Shown in pieces: positions 7,980-15,392 of a DNA stretch of 36,318 nucleotides. The DNA is from Acidobacteriaceae bacterium (GTDB taxonomy: Bacteria > Acidobacteriota > Terriglobia > Terriglobales > Acidobacteriaceae): positions 1 through 36,318 of the forward strand of contig PLYW01000302.1 of the NCBI GenBank assembly GCA_003151875.1. The letters are read 5' to 3'. A program made the position numbers and the translations under genes. The notes below the pieces were generated by a model. The model ran no database searches. It was not told where the DNA came from and was given only the letters and a program-made list of their open reading frames with translations. The number at the start of each line of letters is the position of its first letter. The stretch's first letter is position 1.

Positions 7980-10844
7980 ATGAATAAGGAACTTTATGTG
8001 TCCTCCACGCCACACGAAACCAAGGTGGCGCTGGTGGAAGACGACCTACTCGCCGAAGTGTTTTTCGAGCGGGAAAACGAATACACCCTCGCGGGATCGA
8101 TCTACAAAGGCCGGGTCACGCGCGTGCTTCCCGGCATGCAGTCGGCTTTTGTGGACATCGGCTTGGAACGTGATGCCTTCCTGTATGTGTCTGATTTCCT
8201 CGAAGTCACCGGCGATGAAGAGGACGAAGAAGAATTCGGCAGTATTCCTGTGCCGCGCAATGCCATCGATGTAAGCAAAGCGTACGCCGCGCAGGAGGCA
8301 CAGCTCAAAGCGGAGTCTGCCGTTGCTGAACCCGAGATCGCGGAGGAGTTCGAAGTTGCCCAAGAAGATTTCGCTGCTCCCGAGGAGCAATCGGAAGGCG
8401 AGGAGACCGAAGCTTCGTCCACGGCGGACCCTGATTCGGCGGAAGGAACCCGGCCCTGGCGGGGACGACGTCGTCGCCGTGGCGGACGTCGCGGTCAGGG
8501 AGACGAGCGCAATGAGCGGCCAGAGCCAAAGATCGAGCCCGCAAAGCCCGTGGAGGAAGCGCCAGCCTATCATGCGGAAACGCGTCCGCCCGCGCGTCCC
8601 CGCGCGGATTATGGTCCGCCCGCAGGCTATACGCCGATCGTTCTGCCTGGCGAGTCGATTTCGAAGTATCGCAACCTGTCGCAGCAGCCCGCGCCCGAGC
8701 CGAAGGACGAAGACACGCGCGAGCAGGGGTTTTTTGCTCCAGTTGAGGATTCCACTCCCTCTGTCGATTCGAATGCTCAGGTCGGCGCTGAAGTTAAGGA
8801 ACCCGAATTACATTCCGGGTTCGAAACCGGACACGCCGCATCCGAACCACGTCAGACCGAACAGGCAACTGCGCCACCAGCCGGGAGCACCCTTGTCGTC
8901 GAGCATGAGGAAACGGGACAGGCCGAAGCGGCGCACCAAGATGATGACCCGGAACCACGGGAACGCCTGAGCGTCGCACCTTCCCACGGTGCAGAGCCCG
9001 AGGCGAGAGTGACGTCACAGGCAACTGCCACCGAGCTTCTGACCGCTACGGCAGAGAATCCAACTCTGCCCGAAGAACTGCCAGCGGAAGTCCAGAGCAC
9101 CGACCTGCCGCCGGCCGGCGAAAATCGGGAACCAAATCACAGCGAAGGCGCAACCCGGCAGTCGCCGGGCTTCCAATCGCTCGCCGCTCCTTCGGTCGCT
9201 CCCGAGGGACGTACCCTGGAGCACGAAGTTTTGGAAGACGAGGAGATGGAATTCCATCCCGTCCCCGACGACCTTAGCGCAATGAGCGAAGTGGAAGGCG
9301 ATGAGGAACTGGTTCTTGAGGAAGAGACCCTCGACGCCGACAACGGCGATTCGGACCGTTGGATTCCCAAGATTGCCGACGTCGATGAGGACGAAGTGGT
9401 GGCGGCTGAGGAGCGTGGAGAACAAATCTACGGCCCCGAGACCGACGAGGAAGAGGAAGAAGAGGCTGGCGAGGCGGAAGAGACCAACGGCCGGGCCGAG
9501 GTGAGGGCTGCGTCTCCCACCGCAGGCTATCAGCAGCGTCAGACGGAGCGTCCCGGCTCCGATCGCCGTGGCTTTCGCGATCGCAATCGCCGTGGTGGTC
9601 CGCGCCGCAACTTCCGCGCGCGTCCCAATACCAACCGCAACCAGCCGCTCATCACCGACTTGCTGAAGGAAGGTCAGGAGGTGCTGATCCAGATTGCCAA
9701 GGAACCGATCGGCAAGAAGGGCGCCCGTATCACGAGCCACATTGCGCTACCCGGCCGTTTTCTGGTGTACATGCCCACGGTCAATCACGTCGGAGTTTCG
9801 CGCAAGATCGCTTCTGACGAAGAACGCCAGCGGCTGAAGCGCATCGTGACCAGCGAACGGGAAAACGGATTAGGCGGATTCATCGTTCGCACTGCTGCCG
9901 CCAACATCAAGGAAGACGATCTGCGCGCCGACATTCGCTTCCTCAAACATCTGTGGGCCGAGATCAAGAGCCGCACCGAGAATAGCAAGTCGCCGGCGCT
10001 GATCTATCACGACCTGAACCTGGTGGAACGGGTGTTGCGCGACCAGGTCAATGCCGACTTCTCGCAGATCTGGGTGGACACCGAAGACGAGTATGAGCGC
10101 GTCGTGCGCTTTGCCAGCCGCTTTCAACCCTCGCTGGTCCGGCGCATCAAGCTCTACACCAAAGACACGCCGTTGTTCGAGCAGTTCGGCATTCAGGACG
10201 AGATCAATCGCTCGCTGAAGTCGAAGGTGTGGCTGAAGAGCGGTGGACATATCGTCATCAACCAGACCGAAGCGCTGGTAGCCATCGACATCAACACCGG
10301 CAAATATGTTGGCAAGACGCAGCGGCTGGAAGACACCATCGCCAAGACCAACGTGGATGCGGTCAAGGAAATCGTGCGGCAGATCCGGCTGCGCGACCTG
10401 GGCGGCATCATCGTCATTGACTTCATCGACATGGACGAGCGCAAGAATCGCCAGAAGGTGATGCAGGCCCTGGAAGAGGCCTTGCGCAACGATCGCGCTC
10501 CGTCGAAGGTGCTGCAGTTCAACGATTTCGGACTGGTCGCGATTACCCGCAAGCGGGTGAAGCAATCGCTGGAGCGCACCCTGGGAGAGACTTGCCCCTA
10601 CTGTGTGGGCGCGGGCTTTGTGAAGTCGGTGCCGACCGTATGCAATGAGCTTTACATCGAGATGCGCAAGATGGCTAAGGTGCACGACAAGACTGACATC
10701 ACGCTGCGCGTGAATCCCGAAGTGGCCAAGGCCCTGAAGGCCAGCAACGGCAAGCTGATTTCAGAGATGGAAGACTTGACCGGCAAGACCGTGCTGGTGA
10801 AGAGCGACCCTCTGTTGCACCAGGAAAACTTCGATATTCATTAG
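7980..10844 (+). CDS. Rne/Rng-family ribonuclease (RNase E/G) with a ~480-aa insertion splitting the S1 domain
   Basis: N-terminal residues 1-73 match the RNase G start and first half of S1 (GSIYKGRVTRVLPGMQSAFVDIGLERDAFLYVSDF). The family sequence resumes at ~residue 555 (LLKEGQEVLIQIAKEPIGKKGARITSHIALPGRFLVYMP). The DNase-I-like core follows (ALVAIDINTGK, GGIIVIDFIDM) and then the Zn-link CPYC. Confidence 0.9.
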   Translation: MNKELYVSSTPHETKVALVEDDLLAEVFFERENEYTLAGSIYKGRVTRVLPGMQSAFVDIGLERDAFLYVSDFLEVTGDEEDEEEFGSIPVPRNAIDVSKAYAAQEAQLKAESAVAEPEIAEEFEVAQEDFAAPEEQSEGEETEASSTADPDSAEGTRPWRGRRRRRGGRRGQGDERNERPEPKIEPAKPVEEAPAYHAETRPPARPRADYGPPAGYTPIVLPGESISKYRNLSQQPAPEPKDEDTREQGFFAPVEDSTPSVDSNAQVGAEVKEPELHSGFETGHAASEPRQTEQATAPPAGSTLVVEHEETGQAEAAHQDDDPEPRERLSVAPSHGAEPEARVTSQATATELLTATAENPTLPEELPAEVQSTDLPPAGENREPNHSEGATRQSPGFQSLAAPSVAPEGRTLEHEVLEDEEMEFHPVPDDLSAMSEVEGDEELVLEEETLDADNGDSDRWIPKIADVDEDEVVAAEERGEQIYGPETDEEEEEEAGEAEETNGRAEVRAASPTAGYQQRQTERPGSDRRGFRDRNRRGGPRRNFRARPNTNRNQPLITDLLKEGQEVLIQIAKEPIGKKGARITSHIALPGRFLVYMPTVNHVGVSRKIASDEERQRLKRIVTSERENGLGGFIVRTAAANIKEDDLRADIRFLKHLWAEIKSRTENSKSPALIYHDLNLVERVLRDQVNADFSQIWVDTEDEYERVVRFASRFQPSLVRRIKLYTKDTPLFEQFGIQDEINRSLKSKVWLKSGGHIVINQTEALVAIDINTGKYVGKTQRLEDTIAKTNVDAVKEIVRQIRLRDLGGIIVIDFIDMDERKNRQKVMQALEEALRNDRAPSKVLQFNDFGLVAITRKRVKQSLERTLGETCPYCVGAGFVKSVPTVCNELYIEMRKMAKVHDKTDITLRVNPEVAKALKASNGKLISEMEDLTGKTVLVKSDPLLHQENFDIH

Positions 10845-10847
10845 AGC

Positions 10848-11399
10848 GTGATTGTGGGGAGGAGTATGTTGGCAAGGATGTCCATACTGAACGTATCGAG
10901 ATTTGTCGCGATAGTGTTGTGGTCGTCGCTGTGCCTGGGACAAGAGGTGCATGTTTCCCGAGGCGACGGCAGCGTTGTTCTGACCGTTGCGGCGCAGAAA
11001 CCCTACCCACTGGCCACGGGTCAGGAAAAATTGCCGACATTGAGCGTGTCATGTGTGCACAAGGGCAAGAAGACCGGACACAATATTGTATTTTCGGCAG
11101 GCGGTGCCCTGGTTGAAGACACTGACATGGATGCAAAAGGGGCACAGCAGATTTTCAAAATGACGATAGGCGGGACCGCGCAAACGACGGGATGGGTTCC
11201 CTACGGAAACACCATAACCTACGCCTATTTTGCCAATAATGACGCTGAGCGTGTGAAATTTATCCAGACCCTGCTCAACGCGGGAAAAGTTTTCATCGAG
11301 TTCAAGCCCTTTCTCACCGGTGCGCCAACCACCAGCGTTTTCGACCTGAGCAACCTCCGCGCTGAGATGGACAAATCTCCCGCGTGCGCCTTGCAATAG
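10848..11399 (+). CDS. Hypothetical secreted protein
   Basis: A signal-peptide-like N-terminus is present (SRFVAIVLWSSLCLGQE). GGAGG lies at ~10858. The start is uncertain (10848 GTG, 10866 ATG or 10878 ATG). I recognise no family. Confidence 0.6.
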   Translation: MIVGRSMLARMSILNVSRFVAIVLWSSLCLGQEVHVSRGDGSVVLTVAAQKPYPLATGQEKLPTLSVSCVHKGKKTGHNIVFSAGGALVEDTDMDAKGAQQIFKMTIGGTAQTTGWVPYGNTITYAYFANNDAERVKFIQTLLNAGKVFIEFKPFLTGAPTTSVFDLSNLRAEMDKSPACALQ

Positions 11400-11474
11400 T
11401 TCCGCGCCGCCAACGCCCTGCCAAATCCAAGAAGGTCCCATAACGCGCGTTGGCAGGTGGGTTATGCTTTAGCC

Positions 11475-12221
11475 ATGCAGGTGCGCGTGCTTTACCTGGG
11501 GATGCTGCGGGACCTCGCCGGGCGCGAGCGTGAAGTGGTGCAGCTCTCCGACGGCGCGCGCTTGTCCGATCTCTATGCCGAGCTCCAGCAGCGCATACCG
11601 AAGTTGCAGGACTTTCGCAACGCCATCGCTCTCTCCGTCAATTACGAATACTCCGATGGGGCGGCGATTTTACAGGACAACGATGAGGTAGCGCTGATTC
11701 CGCCCGTAAGCGGAGGTAAGGTTGACGAAGACTCGACGGCCGAGATCTCTTTGCCGCTCATTTCCGGCCACTGTAGCCTGGTCGGCGAGCCAATCCAGAC
11801 GGCTGCCATCGTCGCCGCCATCAAGCGTCCGGAAGACGGAGCGGTCGCCGTCTTCGACGGGATTGTGCGCAATCACTCGCGAGGACGCCGGACCCTCTAC
11901 CTCGACTACACTGCTTATGGGCCGATGGCGTTGCGGCAGATGGAGCAGTTAGCGCAGCAGGCACTGGCAAATTACGCTATCCGCGACGTGCGCATCGTGC
12001 ATCGCCTGGGGCGTTTACGGATTGGCGAAACCAGCGTCTATATTGTGGTTGCCTCATCCCATCGCGCCGCGGCCTTCGATGCATGCCGCTGGCTGATCGA
12101 TACGCTGAAGAAGACAGTGCCCATCTGGAAGCGGGAGTTTTTCGAAGATGGGGCGGCATGGGCGGATGGCGAATCTTTTCCTCCGGAAATTCCGCGTGCC
12201 GGCAGGAGCGCGTCAAAGTAG
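11475..12221 (+). CDS. Molybdopterin synthase MoaD-MoaE fusion protein
   Basis: Residues 1-81 are MoaD/ThiS-like and end in ...IPPVSGG. After a ~20-aa linker comes MoaE (AVFDGIVRNHSRGR, VRIVHRLGRLRIGETSVYIVVASSHRAAAFDACRWLIDTLKKTVPIWK). The ATG at 11475 is preferred over the ORF-track GTG at 11457. Confidence 0.85.
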   Translation: MQVRVLYLGMLRDLAGREREVVQLSDGARLSDLYAELQQRIPKLQDFRNAIALSVNYEYSDGAAILQDNDEVALIPPVSGGKVDEDSTAEISLPLISGHCSLVGEPIQTAAIVAAIKRPEDGAVAVFDGIVRNHSRGRRTLYLDYTAYGPMALRQMEQLAQQALANYAIRDVRIVHRLGRLRIGETSVYIVVASSHRAAAFDACRWLIDTLKKTVPIWKREFFEDGAAWADGESFPPEIPRAGRSASK

Positions 12222-12245
12222 CTGGACTGGGGTTTGAGCTAACAA

Positions 12246-13328
12246 ATGTTTTCAACCTGCTGGACTTCCGCTCGGGCGACCGCCGCGGTGCGCGAGCTGC
12301 TGGTGATTTCTGCGTTGAGTTGCGCCTGGTGGTGTGCTCTCTGCATCGGCCAGGATGCGGCCGCGCAGAGCGTACCGCATCCACCCGACTCGCAGAAGCA
12401 GCAGTCACGGAGCGTTCCCCATCCCCCTGATTCGCCGAAGCAGCAGTCAACGACTGACAGCGGCGACCAACCCAACACAACGTTCAAAGTCAACGTGAAG
12501 CTGGTCAACGTGTTCACCACCGTCACCAACAGCGGAGGAGCTCCGGTTTCATCCTTGAGGGAAGAAGACTTCCAGGTCTTCGAGGACGGCAAGCTGCAGA
12601 AGATCGCGGTCTTCCATCGCGAGTCGGAGTTGCCGCTGTCCATCGTCGTGGCCGTGGACACCAGCCTCAGCACCCGCGGAGATCAGAAGCTCGAACTCGA
12701 GTCCGCGCGCCGCTTTGCGCACGCCATTCTGCGTCCCATCGACGGCCTGTCCTTGTTCCAGTTCAGCGAAGTGGTTGATCAGGTAACGCCCTTCACGGCC
12801 GATGTTCGAGTGATCGACCGCGCCATCAACCACATCCGCTCCGGGGCGGCGACGGCCCTCTACGACACTCTTTATCTGGGGTCGGAGGCGTTGCTGCCGC
12901 GACGCGGCCGCAAGGTCATGGTGGTGATCACCGATGGCGGCGACACCGTCAGCCAGATCAGCTACCAGCAGGCGGTCCGCGCGGCCCAGGAGGCTGAAGT
13001 CATTCTCTACAGCATCATCATTGTGCCCATTGAAAGCAGCGCGGGACGGGACATCGGCGGGGAACACGCGCTCATTCAGCTTTCGCGTGACACTGGAGGA
13101 AGGTATTTTTACGCCAGTGGGTTGGAACAACTGGATGCGGCATTCCGCCAGATCGGCGACGAATTGCGCACCCAATATCTGATCGCCTACTACCCCAGCA
13201 CCCGGCTCTCCGACTCGGATTTTCGCCGCATCGATATCAAGATCGATCCCGCGACCAAGGATTACCCCAATCCCGCCGAACTGCAGGTGCGCCACCGCTC
13301 TGGTTACTACACCATGCCAACCAGGTAA
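12246..13328 (+). CDS. Secreted VWA-domain protein (VWFA-related Acidobacterial domain type)
   Basis: It has a signal peptide. The N-terminal module is FKVNVKLVNVFTTVT...DFQVFEDGKLQKI. The VWA MIDAS-like motif is VAVDTSLST, with VITDGGD further on. The pattern matches my memory of the TIGR03436 family. Confidence 0.85.
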   Translation: MFSTCWTSARATAAVRELLVISALSCAWWCALCIGQDAAAQSVPHPPDSQKQQSRSVPHPPDSPKQQSTTDSGDQPNTTFKVNVKLVNVFTTVTNSGGAPVSSLREEDFQVFEDGKLQKIAVFHRESELPLSIVVAVDTSLSTRGDQKLELESARRFAHAILRPIDGLSLFQFSEVVDQVTPFTADVRVIDRAINHIRSGAATALYDTLYLGSEALLPRRGRKVMVVITDGGDTVSQISYQQAVRAAQEAEVILYSIIIVPIESSAGRDIGGEHALIQLSRDTGGRYFYASGLEQLDAAFRQIGDELRTQYLIAYYPSTRLSDSDFRRIDIKIDPATKDYPNPAELQVRHRSGYYTMPTR

Positions 13329-13407
13329 GCGGTCTGACTGAGTACTGATAACTGACATAACTGACTGCCGGCAAGTGTTCTGCTACACTGCGATTTTCGA
13401 GGTCACC

Positions 13408-13707
13408 ATGTCGAATCCTCCGCAACCATTGATCCAGTTGACCAATACCCCCGACTACCGCGAAAGCTATGCCAACAGCGTACAAGTACGGGTGAATGTG
13501 TGGGACTTCTTCCTGATTTTTGGCACCCTGCAGCAGCAGGACGAAACCCGCGTGGAGGTGCGCAACTTCCAGGGAATCTATTTGAGTCCGCAGCAGGCAA
13601 AAGCGCTTTATACCATCCTGCAGCAGAACCTGGTGAACTACGAAAACACCTTCGGAGAGATCAAGCTCGATCCCCGCATGGGGCCCGGGATGGGCCCGAT
13701 TCATTAA
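13408..13707 (+). CDS. DUF3467-domain protein
   Basis: The motif YANSVQVRVNVWDFFLIFG...IYLSPQQAKALYTILQQNL is typical of DUF3467. The ATG at 13408 is preferred to the upstream ORF-track start at 13375. Confidence 0.7.
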   Translation: MSNPPQPLIQLTNTPDYRESYANSVQVRVNVWDFFLIFGTLQQQDETRVEVRNFQGIYLSPQQAKALYTILQQNLVNYENTFGEIKLDPRMGPGMGPIH

Positions 13708-13726
13708 ACCTGCGGACAACTCGCGG

Positions 13727-15331
13727 GTGTCGAGCTTTCAGGGCCGCCTGCGCGAATACCTCTTCGCCTACGCGCTCATTTTTGTATTCCTGTTCGTCAC
13801 TCATGCTCCTTTACTGCGGCTGCCCTATTTCTGGGACGAAGCCGGCTACTTTATTCCGGCGGCGCGCGATCTTTTGCTCACCGGTTCACTGATTCCGCAC
13901 ACCACGCTCTCCAACGCACATCCACCCATGGTAATGCTGTGGCTGGCATTCTGGTGGAAGGCCAGTGGCTTCACCCCGGCAGTGACCCGAACTGCGATGT
14001 TGTTGATCGCTGCGTTCGCCCTGCTGGGGTTGTGGCGGCTTGCGCGCGACGTAGCCAATGAGCAGATCGCGGCCGCAACCGTCTTGTGCACGGCGGTCTA
14101 TTCCGTGTTCTTTGCGCAGAGCTCGATGGCCCACCTCGACATGATGGTTTGCGCCCTGACGCTTTGGGGACTGGCAATGTACGTGGAGCGCAGACCGGTG
14201 GCCACCATCGTGTTCTTGGCTCTTGCGCCTCTCGCCAAGGAGACCGCCATCGTAACCCCTCTGGCGTTGCTGGCTTGGGAAATACTTTGTCCCTTGCTGC
14301 AGCGGAGTACACGGCGACACGAACCGTTCTGCCTATATCAGCGCAACTGGCTGGCTGCCTTCTCGTTTCTGTTGTGCCTGGTCCCGCTCGCGCTGTGGTT
14401 CCTCTATCACCATCACCGGACCGGTTTCTACTTCGGCAATCCGGAGTACCTGCGCTACAACCTGCAAGCTACCCTCACTCCACTGCGCATCGTGCTTGCG
14501 ATCCTGATACGGCTCTGGCACGCGCTGGGCTATCTGAACCTGTTTGTACTGACGCTGGCCGCAGCCTTTGCCATGGGCCTTCCTCCGCTGCCGGGGCCCG
14601 ACGGCACACTGCGGCCCCGCATTCCCATCAATGTGCAACTCGTGTTTGGGGTGGTTATACTGGCGCATGTCATGGCCCTGTCAGCGCTCGGAGGCGCGGT
14701 GCTGGCTCGCTACATGCTTCCGGTTGTGCCGCTCGTGATCCTGCTTTGTGTTTCCACGCTGTGGCGTCGTGCCCAGCATTGGCCGTGGTGGATCGCATTG
14801 AGCTGCGTAGCTTTTGTGTTCGCGCTACTCACTCCGCCGCCCTATCGCATCGCTCCTGAGGACACATTGCTGTATCGCGATTACGTCATCGTCCATAAAC
14901 AGGCCGCCGATGAGTTGGCGGCCCGTTTCCCGCACGCACGTGTGCTCACGGCCTGGCCGGCTTCCGATGAGCTGACGCGGCCGTTCCTGGGATACGTCAA
15001 ACAGCCGCTTGCGGTGGCGCCCATCGAGAACTTCTCCGCCCTCGAAATCGAACGGGCTGCGCAAGCCACCGATCAGTTCGATGTGGCGCTGCTATTTCCC
15101 ACCAAGTGGCAGCCTCCGCATCCTCTGTTCCGGAGTTTGCCCTTCGGCGAAGAATTGCAGGAACGTTTCTTCGACTATCGCCAGGAGTTGGGTCCGCAAC
15201 AAGTGGCGAACATTCTCGGCGGGCGGACGGTGCGTTTCCTGAATCGTAACAACGAATGGGTCGCAATCGTCGTGATCGAGAAAGTCGAAAATGCGGGCGC
15301 TCGAGATTTGGAGTTGCGCCGCGCTCCCTAA
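13727..15331 (+). CDS. Polytopic membrane protein, ArnT/PMT-like GT-C fold glycosyltransferase (putative)
   Basis: It has more than 10 hydrophobic segments. An acidic first-loop motif (YFWDEAGYFIPAA) resembles the GT-C catalytic DE/DD loop. A soluble C-terminal domain of ~170 aa follows. The assignment is by pattern only. Confidence 0.6.
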   Translation: MSSFQGRLREYLFAYALIFVFLFVTHAPLLRLPYFWDEAGYFIPAARDLLLTGSLIPHTTLSNAHPPMVMLWLAFWWKASGFTPAVTRTAMLLIAAFALLGLWRLARDVANEQIAAATVLCTAVYSVFFAQSSMAHLDMMVCALTLWGLAMYVERRPVATIVFLALAPLAKETAIVTPLALLAWEILCPLLQRSTRRHEPFCLYQRNWLAAFSFLLCLVPLALWFLYHHHRTGFYFGNPEYLRYNLQATLTPLRIVLAILIRLWHALGYLNLFVLTLAAAFAMGLPPLPGPDGTLRPRIPINVQLVFGVVILAHVMALSALGGAVLARYMLPVVPLVILLCVSTLWRRAQHWPWWIALSCVAFVFALLTPPPYRIAPEDTLLYRDYVIVHKQAADELAARFPHARVLTAWPASDELTRPFLGYVKQPLAVAPIENFSALEIERAAQATDQFDVALLFPTKWQPPHPLFRSLPFGEELQERFFDYRQELGPQQVANILGGRTVRFLNRNNEWVAIVVIEKVENAGARDLELRRAP

Positions 15332-15392
15332 TTGCGAGCCGCACGCCCGAGGTCCGGACTTCGCCGTCGTTCGAGCGGTTAAACTGTGAGCG

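Noticed and set aside
7602-7987. ORFs 7602-7919(+), 7715-7987(+) and 7648-7866(-) in the spacer before the ribonuclease gene.
   Set aside because: They show no RBS, coding-like periodicity or recognisable family. One overlaps the ribonuclease start. The stretch is treated as a non-coding leader.
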